The notes under the pieces were generated by a model. The model saw only the letters and a list, made by a program, of their open reading frames with translations, did no database searches and was not told the DNA's origin. The translations under genes were made by a program, and so were the position numbers. A DNA stretch of 54,917 nucleotides, taken from positions 38,252-93,168 of the forward strand of contig JBBTSO010000002.1 in NCBI GenBank assembly GCA_038064695.1, given 5' to 3'. The DNA is from Patescibacteria group bacterium. Its GTDB lineage: Bacteria; Patescibacteriota; Minisyncoccia; Phycocordibacterales; Phycocordibacteraceae. This document shows, piece by piece, positions 25,614-33,241 of this stretch. Positions within the stretch are counted from its first letter, which is position 1. Each line of letters starts with the position of its first letter.

Positions 25614-26768
25614 ATGGATATACGTATCGGGCGTGAAGAAGAAGATCGGCTGCTCAAGGTTTTGGACGAACGGACTGATACCGAATCGGCGCGAATGAAG
25701 CGGTACTTGTCTATGCCCGACCTCTCACGAACACCAGGTAGCCCCCTTTCGGAAATTGTAAAACGAGTAAAAGCAATCCCTACACTGAAGAATTTTGACG
25801 ATATTAACATTCCTGAGGTAGTTCCTGCCTCAGTGTCATTTAACCTCTTTGACTTTGCGCCTGATCACCCTGCTCGTAGCAAGTCAGATACGTACTACGT
25901 GGACGACTCTAACATTCTTCGCACTCACGACACGGTCTTTTGGTACTACTACCTCAACCATCCTGAGATAAAAGAACGCATAGCACGAAAGGAAGCACTC
26001 GGCGCGCTCTGTTACGGAAAAGTGTTCCGTAAAGACGAAATTGATAGCCGCCATATGAATGTTTTTCACCAGCTTGGTGGGTGGTATCTTACCCCTCAAT
26101 CAACTCCGCTTGGGCCTGATGATTTAAAACAGGTGCTCGGCGACATTGTACGAGCCGTGTTTGGTCCAGAATCTATCTTCAGAATCAACACTGACAACTT
26201 CCCCTACACCGACCCCTCATTTGAAGTTGAAGTGAACGTGAAGGGCACTGCGGCTGAAGGCCCCGCGCGCGGTGAGTGGTTAGAAATCCTCGGAAGCGGA
26301 ATGCCAAAACAATCAGTATTAGAAAAAATGGGTCTCTCAGGGTATCACGGCTGGGCATTTGGATTCGGACTGGAACGTCTCGCCATTATTTCTATGGCAC
26401 TCCCCGATATCCGCCTCCTGTGGTCAGACGATGAGCGCGTAAAAAAACAACTTGTGTTAGGAAACACGTACACTGAAGTGAGTAAATACCCAGCGGTAGT
26501 GCGCGATATCTCATTTGTCGTACCAAAAACCTTTTCACCAAACGACTACTTTGACTTGGTGCGTGACATCGCTGATGAACTTGTTGATGAGGTAGTTCTC
26601 ATTGATAGATACGAGAACGACGAGAAATTTGGTGCTGATAAGGTCAGCTACGCGTACCGCATCACCTATCGAAGTTCGGAAAAAACACTTGAAGGGAGCG
26701 AGGTAGACCTACTCCACAAAAAACTTGAACAAAAAACCAACTCGTTGTTTGGAGCAACTGTTCGTTAA
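25614..26768 (+). CDS. pheS: phenylalanyl-tRNA synthetase, alpha-type catalytic core fused to a C-terminal FDX-ACB (ferredoxin-fold anticodon-binding) domain
   Basis: 384 aa. Class II motifs DHPARSKSDTYYV, FRKDEIDSRHMNVFHQL and GWAFGFGLERLAI. The C-terminal ~95 aa (KYPAVVRDISFVVP...YAYRITYRSSEKTLEGSEV) are FDX-ACB-like. No pheT follows. Confidence 0.85.
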   Translation: MDIRIGREEEDRLLKVLDERTDTESARMKRYLSMPDLSRTPGSPLSEIVKRVKAIPTLKNFDDINIPEVVPASVSFNLFDFAPDHPARSKSDTYYVDDSNILRTHDTVFWYYYLNHPEIKERIARKEALGALCYGKVFRKDEIDSRHMNVFHQLGGWYLTPQSTPLGPDDLKQVLGDIVRAVFGPESIFRINTDNFPYTDPSFEVEVNVKGTAAEGPARGEWLEILGSGMPKQSVLEKMGLSGYHGWAFGFGLERLAIISMALPDIRLLWSDDERVKKQLVLGNTYTEVSKYPAVVRDISFVVPKTFSPNDYFDLVRDIADELVDEVVLIDRYENDEKFGADKVSYAYRITYRSSEKTLEGSEVDLLHKKLEQKTNSLFGATVR

Positions 26769-27622
26769 AACCCGGTCACTTCGTAGTAAGAAGTTTCATC
26801 CGCCACAGTGAGCACACCATCAATAACCTCAAACCGAGCGTTAGGTGTCGTAAAAATGGGAATGGTGAGCCGTGGCGCACGGACATCCGCTTCGGTAAAA
26901 TACACTCCTGACTCGCGCGTGCGGTACAGCACTCCCCCTGCAAAAAACTGAGCATCGGTGACCGTCTCACTCCCCTTCTCTAAAGCAAACACCTGGGCAC
27001 ACGAGGAAGGGCGAATACAAAACGAGCTTGGTGGTTGGCTATCGCGCTCAAAACGCATAAATAAATTACCCTCCTCAACGACGAGCGCTACCCCTCCCCT
27101 TACATCAGCGGGTGGCTCTGATGCCAGCTCAGAAGAAATGACGGGTGTAGTCGTAACTAAAAAAATAGACTCTATGGTGTCATACCGTTCACGGGTCACC
27201 ACCACAACCGTAGAGGTACCGACTTCTTCTTGGGGAGATTTTGTCACCACCTCCCTGACTGAAAGCGGTTGCGTGATGGCGAGCACCGAAACGTCAGACA
27301 CGAGTTGTGATTCAACAAAGAGCGTTTTAGACCATGGATAGTACCCTTCTGCCACCGCTTGGACCACATAGGAACCTGGCGCAAGGTTATCAAAAAAGAA
27401 TGATTTTGAAAAAAGGTTAGAGCGTTCTAACTCCTCTCCGTTAAGTGAGAGTGTAAAACCCGAAACCGGAACTGCTATATAAATACCACCCGTTGAAACA
27501 AGACCGAGTCCTTTGATGCGATACCCTGACGCGTAGAGCGTCACTATGGGTAAAATGATTAAAAACAAAACAAAAAAAAGCGCAGAGTAAAAACGGCGGG
27601 TTTTGAGAGAAAGCGGTTCCAT
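26765..27622 (-). CDS. membrane-anchored PEGA-domain-like protein
   Basis: N-terminal TM segment (ALFFVLFLIILPIVTLYA), then a PEGA-like stretch (FTLSLNGEELERSN...LAPGSYVVQAVAEGYYPW). It overlaps the 3' end of pheS convergently by 4 nt. Confidence 0.55.
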   Translation of the reverse strand: MEPLSLKTRRFYSALFFVLFLIILPIVTLYASGYRIKGLGLVSTGGIYIAVPVSGFTLSLNGEELERSNLFSKSFFFDNLAPGSYVVQAVAEGYYPWSKTLFVESQLVSDVSVLAITQPLSVREVVTKSPQEEVGTSTVVVVTRERYDTIESIFLVTTTPVISSELASEPPADVRGGVALVVEEGNLFMRFERDSQPPSSFCIRPSSCAQVFALEKGSETVTDAQFFAGGVLYRTRESGVYFTEADVRAPRLTIPIFTTPNARFEVIDGVLTVADETSYYEVTGF

Positions 27623-27624
27623 TA

Positions 27625-27646
27625 CTGTGCAGTGTACACTGCACAG
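27625..27646. promoter_or_regulatory. 22-nt perfect palindrome (candidate operator) immediately upstream of the ATG at 27622
   Basis: CTGTGCAGTGTACACTGCACAG. It contains a TACACT hexamer 8 nt from the ATG on the minus strand. Confidence 0.4.
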
Positions 27647-27736
27647 AGTAAACAGTGAACAGTAACGAGTGGGCAGTGGGTACTAAAAAATTTAACTCAT
27701 CACTCGCTACTCATAACTCATTACTATCTATTTTTT

Positions 27737-27772
27737 GGTGTAAGACAAGCTTGCTCCCTGCGAGCGTTCGGA
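27737..27772. repeat. direct repeat copy 1 (core GTAAGACAAGCTTGCTCC)
   Basis: GGTGTAAGACAAGCTTGCTCCCTGCGAGCGTTCGGA. Identical to copy 2 at about 80% of positions, with an 18-nt identical core. The copies are 80 nt apart. Confidence 0.6.
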
Positions 27773-27774
27773 CA

Positions 27775-27798
27775 TACAAAACAGACTACTGTTTTGTA
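27775..27798. other. 10-bp perfect hairpin between the two direct repeats
   Basis: TACAAAACAG-ACTA-CTGTTTTGTA. Confidence 0.5.
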
Positions 27799-27816
27799 CG
27801 TTACTCTCTGCTCTTG

Positions 27817-27852
27817 GGAGTAAGACAAGCTTGCTCCGTGCGTCGGTTCGAT
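27817..27852. repeat. direct repeat copy 2
   Basis: GGAGTAAGACAAGCTTGCTCCGTGCGTCGGTTCGAT. Confidence 0.6.
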
Positions 27853-27856
27853 AGTA

Positions 27857-29413
27857 TTAAAGTGTTATTTTAATACTATCCTCTCTCGACTTCGGAGTGA
27901 CCCAGAAACCAAGATATTTTTTTGTAGCTAAACGCACTTGCGCTTCAAGTCCAGGAACAGAACTGAAGAAAACCATCGTGAGAGGAACCAAAATCCACTG
28001 AAATAGCATTGCAATATTTGAAACGGTGCGTTTTTGTTCCGGGCGTGGAGGAATGAGTTGAATACCATACATGGCGAGAAAAACTAACCCGAACATTGCC
28101 GCGGTTAAAAACCATGACGATACTATAGGGAGGTTGTAAGAAAGCACCGTGGCGTTAAAGGCCACTCCACCGATGACGAGCGGGAGCCATCCGACCGCAA
28201 AGAGAATGAGTGGTTGTACCGCCAAGGACCACGCTCCCTCTATGTACACGAACAACATGTGGAGTTTTTTATGGTACGGAATACGAGGATTTTTGATGAA
28301 ATGAAAGAGAAGATACGGCACATTTTCAGCACTTCCATACATCCACCTGCGATGCTGCCGATAGAGGTTGGCGACCGTTTCAATAAAATTTTTCCCCACG
28401 TTCGCGTCCATGGACACCGGGTAGGAAATCGGAACCACGCGGTAATTTCCGTCGTAATGCATAAAGAGATTGAAAAAAATGCGTGAATCTTCATTCACCA
28501 TGTTTTTCTGCCAATACCCTGCTTCAACGAGTGCAGTAAGCGAAACGGCGTGCGAAGAAAACGTTGAGAGTCGTTCAGGCCGCTCCTGTTGGATCATTTG
28601 CCAAAACGTGGATGAGTACGCCAACACGCGCGAAAGCATAGGGGACGACCATATGTTGTTGTTATACAGTGGCACTGGTTGAAATGACGCATGGAGCGGA
28701 TCTTCTGTGGTTAAGAAATACCACGTCAAACATGAAAAATAGCCAGGGTACACCACGGTATCGGAATCAAACGCCGACACGAGCACGCGGTCATGGGGAA
28801 TGTGACGCGTATCAATAGCGAGACGCGTTGCCTCGCGACAGGCATACGCAATATTGGAACCTTTCCCTCGCATTTCACCAGAAATCCCGTCGGGGTGCAC
28901 GGTAACCACCACATCTAAAAACGTTTCTTTGTACTCTTTCTGTATACGAAGCGCAATGGCGCGTGCCGCCTCCCCGACATGAGCTTCTGTGCCCAACACA
29001 ATAATAATTTGTTTGGTGTTGAAGTGCGCTTTTGCTATTGCTTCAACACTCTCCACCAACACCTCGTACGGTTCACGAAAGAAAGGCAGCATCACCATGT
29101 GGATGACGTCTTCGTGGTGAAGGTTTTTTAGTCGCTCATTCCAATCAAGCACGAGGTGGTGGCGCAGTCGTTTAAAATTATGTCGAAGGTGAATCGTTAA
29201 AAAAATAGTTTTAAAAAGCCAGTATGCCGCAAAGGCAATCGTAAAGTATGCCACCACTGCCGGCGCCACAAATGAGAGCACTACGAACAGTACGAGCGTT
29301 CCTACCGAAAGAAACGCAGGAACAGTTTCAAAAAACCTGTACAACGCACGGTCACGCCCCACCAGGTCACTAGCGCGACCAACGTGGAGGTATGGTGATG
29401 GTTCATCCTTCAT
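27857..29413 (-). CDS. integral-membrane processive family-2 glycosyltransferase (cellulose/chitin/hyaluronan-synthase-like)
   Basis: 518 aa with N- and C-terminal TM bundles. Carries the D,D,D,QxxRW signature: FDSDTV, NEDSRIF, YRQHRRWMYG. Confidence 0.75.
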   Translation of the reverse strand: MKDEPSPYLHVGRASDLVGRDRALYRFFETVPAFLSVGTLVLFVVLSFVAPAVVAYFTIAFAAYWLFKTIFLTIHLRHNFKRLRHHLVLDWNERLKNLHHEDVIHMVMLPFFREPYEVLVESVEAIAKAHFNTKQIIIVLGTEAHVGEAARAIALRIQKEYKETFLDVVVTVHPDGISGEMRGKGSNIAYACREATRLAIDTRHIPHDRVLVSAFDSDTVVYPGYFSCLTWYFLTTEDPLHASFQPVPLYNNNIWSSPMLSRVLAYSSTFWQMIQQERPERLSTFSSHAVSLTALVEAGYWQKNMVNEDSRIFFNLFMHYDGNYRVVPISYPVSMDANVGKNFIETVANLYRQHRRWMYGSAENVPYLLFHFIKNPRIPYHKKLHMLFVYIEGAWSLAVQPLILFAVGWLPLVIGGVAFNATVLSYNLPIVSSWFLTAAMFGLVFLAMYGIQLIPPRPEQKRTVSNIAMLFQWILVPLTMVFFSSVPGLEAQVRLATKKYLGFWVTPKSREDSIKITL

Positions 29414-29420
29414 AGCGAGA

Positions 29421-29492
29421 GCCGCCTCCCAGATTCGAACTGGGGACCTTCACTTTACAAAAGTGTTGCTCTACCAACTGAGCTAAGGCGGC
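29421..29492 (-). tRNA. tRNA-Thr (anticodon UGU), 72 nt, CCA not encoded
   Basis: Hand-folded cloverleaf: acceptor GCCGCCT/AGGCGGC; D arm GCTC-AGTTGGTA-GAGC; anticodon arm ACACT-TTTGTAA-AGTGA (one A-A mismatch); variable loop AGGTC; T arm CCCAG-TTCGAAT-CTGGG. Confidence 0.92.
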
Positions 29493-29746
29493 GTTATTCT
29501 AATATATCCTTCTTGGATAATCTTTTCAATATAATCTTTACGTTTCAGCTTCTTCAAGCACCTTTCAACATATCTCGCATCATCTATGGCGCTATACTCC
29601 TGAGAAAAAATAAGAGTGAGTTTTCCCATTCGTTTAGTTGAATGAGTAAAACCTCCTTGGTGATGCTTTACGCGGGAGTTCAGGTTACCAGTACTACCAA
29701 TATAGTATCGGCCAAGTGAACTTTTTAGAATGTAGACATAAGGCAT
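29483..29746 (-). CDS. small GIY-YIG nuclease-domain protein (87 aa)
   Basis: MPYVYILKSSLGRYYIGSTGNLNSRVKHH... is a GIY-YIG motif. AT-rich: 33% GC hand-counted in 29521-29580. Its last three codons and the TAG stop lie within tRNA positions 1-10. Confidence 0.8.
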   Translation of the reverse strand: MPYVYILKSSLGRYYIGSTGNLNSRVKHHQGGFTHSTKRMGKLTLIFSQEYSAIDDARYVERCLKKLKRKDYIEKIIQEGYIRITPP

Positions 29747-29823
29747 ATCTGAGTCCCGACGCAAGGTCGGAATCCCGACTTCAACATTTGTTGAACGTCG
29801 GGACTAAGGCGGCGTATTTCTAA
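29483..29823 (-). mobile_element. candidate GIY-YIG insertion unit bounded by 20-nt imperfect direct repeats of the tRNA-Thr 5' junction
   Basis: Repeats CTAAGGCGGCGTTATTCTAA (29483..29502) and CTAAGGCGGCGTATTTCTAA (29804..29823) match at 18 of 20 positions and lie 321 bp apart. Each covers tRNA nt 1-10 plus 10 nt of upstream flank. Confidence 0.4.
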
Positions 29824-29838
29824 CAGGCTTCCTAGAGA

Positions 29839-30231
29839 CTATAGCGAATTTTCTTGCGTTTCGCCATTTTTCTTTTGAGCATCCGCCATGGTCTTTAAAA
29901 AAGGCGAAGGGTCGCGTGGTTCCACTGTTTTTACACGAGGAGTGCGCAAACGGTGATTTAAGCGAGACAGTGGTCTTTCAAGCGCTCTGAGAAGTGCGAC
30001 GAGCATCACCACTCCCTGGTGCGTTGCGTGGCGAAGACTCTTGAAAAACCAGAGGCGGTACGACGTGGGTAACTCACCAAACACACAGAGTCGGTAAAGT
30101 CGTACTGAAAATTCATCAAGTTTTTTTCGTTGCACTTCAAAAAAACGTCTCCCTCGCCGTACCTCAAAAAAACGAACGGCGAGATAGAAACCGAATCCGA
30201 TGAATCCAACGAGAAACAGGTACCCTCCCAT
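29839..30231 (-). CDS. hypothetical membrane-anchored basic protein (130 aa)
   Basis: N-terminal TM segment GGYLFLVGFIGFGFYLAV followed by Arg-rich helices. Confidence 0.5.
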   Translation of the reverse strand: MGGYLFLVGFIGFGFYLAVRFFEVRRGRRFFEVQRKKLDEFSVRLYRLCVFGELPTSYRLWFFKSLRHATHQGVVMLVALLRALERPLSRLNHRLRTPRVKTVEPRDPSPFLKTMADAQKKNGETQENSL

Positions 30232-30240
30232 AGTGTTTGT

Positions 30241-30822
30241 TTAACGCGCTGAAAAGCGCGCCATATTTCCTACCTCAACACGTTCACCAAATTTTTGCGC
30301 GGCATTGTCGAGGAGGTCTTTAATTTTCTTTTCAGGGTCTTTAATGTACTCCTGTTCCATAAGAACGATATTTTTGAGATACGCATCGACCTTGCCAGAG
30401 AGAATTTGTTCACGGAGCGCTTCTGGTTTATCCTGCACCTCTTTTACAAACATTTCTTTAATCGCCTCTAATTTTTTTGCGTCAATATCTTCACGCTTCA
30501 CGTACTGTGGACTTGCTGCCGAAACGTGCATAGCAAGATCGTAGGCAAGCTTTATAAATTCTTCATTTTTTGCGACAAAATCCGTTTCCGAACGCAACAC
30601 CACCGTTGCCCCCACGTCTTTAGTTGAGTGGACGTATGAGGCGACTGTCCCCGCACCGAGTTCACGATCAGATTTTTTTGCCGCAATAGCACTCCCCTTC
30701 TTTTGCAAAATAAGAAGTGCCTTATCAATATCGCCATCTGCCTCAACGAGCGCTTGTTTACACTGCATCACCGAAATACCGGTCATGTCTCGAAGTTTCT
30801 TTACATCATCAGTAGTTGCCAT
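30241..30822 (-). CDS. tsf: elongation factor Ts (short form, 193 aa)
   Basis: UBA-like N-terminus VKKLRDMTGISVMQCKQALVEADGDIDKAL. ATG at 30822, with TATACT 8 nt upstream. Confidence 0.88.
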   Translation of the reverse strand: MATTDDVKKLRDMTGISVMQCKQALVEADGDIDKALLILQKKGSAIAAKKSDRELGAGTVASYVHSTKDVGATVVLRSETDFVAKNEEFIKLAYDLAMHVSAASPQYVKREDIDAKKLEAIKEMFVKEVQDKPEALREQILSGKVDAYLKNIVLMEQEYIKDPEKKIKDLLDNAAQKFGERVEVGNMARFSAR

Positions 30823-30887
30823 AGATATATAGTATATTCTGAATATTTGAATCAGTCCGAAGTTCACCCATTCACCGAGAATGGGTA

Positions 30888-31619
30888 TTAACTTTTTTGA
30901 ACGTTGCCTTTTGTACCTTCCCGATACGCTTCAAGAATAGCGGTGAGGAAAAACTGTACACTTGCGCGCGACGCGTCGTTTCCAACGAGTGGATGCGAAA
31001 CTTGTGCGAGGTCACAGTCAGAATTCATTATACCAATAACGGGGATACCGAGATCTTTTGCTTCCTTAACGGGAATATGTTCTGCACGAGTGTCCACCAC
31101 CACAAGCGCATCGGGGAGACGTTCAACGCCCGAAAGTCCACCAAAGTTTAATTCTAGTTTTGCAATTTCCCTACCCAAAAGCACGCGCTCTTTTTTGGTA
31201 TATTTCTGTGCTAATACCCCTGAGTCTCGATCAGTCGTGAGAGAGGCGAGACGTTGTATACGCTTTTTAATTTCTACAAAGTTAGTGAGGGTGCCTCCGA
31301 GCCATCGTCCCGCAACATAGGGCATGTTGAGTGCTTCTGCGGTTTCGCGGACCAATTCACGAATTTCAGGTTTACCTGCCACAAAAAGAACGGTTTTCCC
31401 TGAGGCACCAAGCGAGCGAACAAACGCAAGCGCCTCATCAAGCAATGCTGCGGATTTAGTAAGATCAATGATGTCGGTTTTGCCTTTTGAGCCAAATATA
31501 AAATTTTTCATTGAAGCGTGGCGGCGGGCACGGGTGTAGCCAAGGTGTGCACCTACGCCAAACAGAGCCCCGACGACGTCTGGTGCTCCTTTTTTTACCT
31601 CTGTTTTTTCTTCAAGCAT
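30888..31619 (-). CDS. rpsB: 30S ribosomal protein S2
   Basis: GAHLGYTRARRH, VLFVAGKPE and YVAGRWLGGTLTNF. ATG at 31619 preferred over the GTG at 31637. Confidence 0.9.
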   Translation of the reverse strand: MLEEKTEVKKGAPDVVGALFGVGAHLGYTRARRHASMKNFIFGSKGKTDIIDLTKSAALLDEALAFVRSLGASGKTVLFVAGKPEIRELVRETAEALNMPYVAGRWLGGTLTNFVEIKKRIQRLASLTTDRDSGVLAQKYTKKERVLLGREIAKLELNFGGLSGVERLPDALVVVDTRAEHIPVKEAKDLGIPVIGIMNSDCDLAQVSHPLVGNDASRASVQFFLTAILEAYREGTKGNVQKS

Positions 31620-31702
31620 GTCCGAAAAATGTACCACGTGAGCGGTTTTTAGGCAATATCCTAGGTTCTTATGGCTAATGATTAGGGAAGTTAGAAAAAA
31701 TC

Positions 31703-31876
31703 TTAGAAAAAATCCTCGATCATTTTATCGACATCCCGAATAAGAGATCCAGCACCGTAGACTGCAGAAAGAACTATAAGCATCGCAGAGGTAAGGAGGA
31801 TCTTCCCGACCTTTGCCATATGTTCTGCTACCGCGTTCGGCGCAACAGGAAAAACATCGGGTCCTATTCTAGTCAT
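31703..31876 (-). CDS. small membrane protein (57 aa), hypothetical
   Basis: Below the ORF-track cutoff. Translation: MTRIGPDVFPVAPNAVAEHMAKVGKILLTSAMLIVLSAVYGAGSLIRDVDKMIEDFF. It has its own promoter. Confidence 0.45.
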   Translation of the reverse strand: MTRIGPDVFPVAPNAVAEHMAKVGKILLTSAMLIVLSAVYGAGSLIRDVDKMIEDFF

Positions 31877-31882
31877 AAGAAC

Positions 31883-31910
31883 ACAATATCATAAAAAATT
31901 GAAAAAGCAA
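31883..31910 (-). promoter_or_regulatory. promoter TTGCTT-16-TATTGT, 6 nt upstream of the ATG at 31876
   Basis: Minus strand: TTGCTT (31910..31905), 16 nt, TATTGT (31888..31883). Confidence 0.45.
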
Positions 31911-31926
31911 GTTTTTTCCCAAATAT

Positions 31927-32865
31927 CTACACGCTTGCCACTTCCGCTTTGTAGCGAATATCTTCGAGCATTGCATCGATATTCCCTGCCATAAGGGTAG
32001 GAATGTTGTGCCACGATTCTTTGATACGGTGGTCGGTCACACGGTCTTGGAGGAAGTTATAGGTACGAATTTTCTCACTCCGATCTCCTGTCCCTATTTG
32101 ATTTTTTCTTACCTCAGCGTGTTTCTTTGCTTCTTCCTCTTCATAAAAATTAGCCACTTTTGCTGAAAGAATTTGAAACGCTTTTTCACGGTTTGCCTGT
32201 TGACTGCGCTCAGACTGACTGCGTGTCTCAATGCCCGTGGGGATGTGCACCATACGGACCGCGGTTTCCAACTTGTTGACGTTCTGCCCGCCAGCGCCTC
32301 CCGAGCGGGAAAACTCCATTTGGATGTCGGCTGTTTTTAATTCAATTTTTGGTTTTTTACGAATAGGCAAAATGGCGACTGATGCGGTGGAAGTGTGGAT
32401 ACGGCCTGACTTTTCAGTAGCCGGGATGCGCTGAACACGGTGAACGCCTGTTTCGTATTTTAAGAGTGAGTACACTTCTCGCCCCTTTATTTCAATGGTG
32501 AGATCGTCCAACACTTTTACCTCCCACCCGCGTTTTTCCGCAAAACGCTGATACATAAGGAGAAGGTCTTTAGCAAAAATGTTCGCCTCGTCCCCGCCGG
32601 CGCCGGCCCGAATTTCCATAACTGCCGCGACGGGTTCTTCCTCTTCCTTTTCTTCCTCCTTCACAATGAGCGCCATGTTTGTGGCGAGCCCTTCAAGTTG
32701 TTGAACGAGCACGCCTTTTTCCTCACGCGCAAGTTCTGCCATGCCTGGGTCGCTTTCACTAAGCGCTTCTACTCTTTGTAATTCTTTTTGAACACGTTCA
32801 TACTCACCGGCAAAAAAAGCAGTCCGTGGGTTTTCTTTATACTGTTTCAACAACTGTTCATCCAT
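31927..32865 (-). CDS. prfA: peptide chain release factor 1 (short, 312 aa)
   Basis: GGQ motif ([11 protein letters not shown]) and the RF1-type PxT tripeptide (RIPATE). Confidence 0.88.
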   Translation of the reverse strand: MDEQLLKQYKENPRTAFFAGEYERVQKELQRVEALSESDPGMAELAREEKGVLVQQLEGLATNMALIVKEEEKEEEEPVAAVMEIRAGAGGDEANIFAKDLLLMYQRFAEKRGWEVKVLDDLTIEIKGREVYSLLKYETGVHRVQRIPATEKSGRIHTSTASVAILPIRKKPKIELKTADIQMEFSRSGGAGGQNVNKLETAVRMVHIPTGIETRSQSERSQQANREKAFQILSAKVANFYEEEEAKKHAEVRKNQIGTGDRSEKIRTYNFLQDRVTDHRIKESWHNIPTLMAGNIDAMLEDIRYKAEVASV

Positions 32866-32944
32866 AAAAAAGTGCCTAGTTTTTAGTTGTTAGGGTTTAG
32901 TTTATCACTCCCTAGACACTAACCCCTAGACACTAGCAACTAGT

Positions 32945-33199
32945 TTACTTCTTGGCCTTGAGTGCGCGCTGTTTGAATTTATCAACACGTCCCGCACGGT
33001 CAATAGTTGTTTTAATGCCTGTATAGAAAGGGTGTGATGCGGATGAGATTTCAACCATATAGAGCGGGTACTCTTTTCCATCTTCCCACTTTGCGGTTTT
33101 TTCCGTTTCTACCGTTGAACCAATGAGAAAACGAGCTCCGGAGCCCTGGTCTTCAAAAATCACCATTCGGTAGTTTTCTGGATGAATATCTTTCTTCAT
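32945..33199 (-). CDS. rpmE: 50S ribosomal protein L31, type B (Cys-less)
   Basis: [10 protein letters not shown]...[10 protein letters not shown]. No CxxC zinc motif. Confidence 0.88.
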   Translation of the reverse strand: MKKDIHPENYRMVIFEDQGSGARFLIGSTVETEKTAKWEDGKEYPLYMVEISSASHPFYTGIKTTIDRAGRVDKFKQRALKAKK

Positions 33200-33241
33200 A
33201 GTCTGAAAACTATACTCTAAAAGCATCAATAAAACAAGCCT

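Noticed and set aside
27737-27852. A CRISPR-like array, suggested by two ~36-nt direct repeats with a 44-nt spacer.
   Set aside because: There are only two copies, they are imperfect, no cas genes are in the window, and a hairpin sits between them. I treated it as a regulatory or structured spacer instead.
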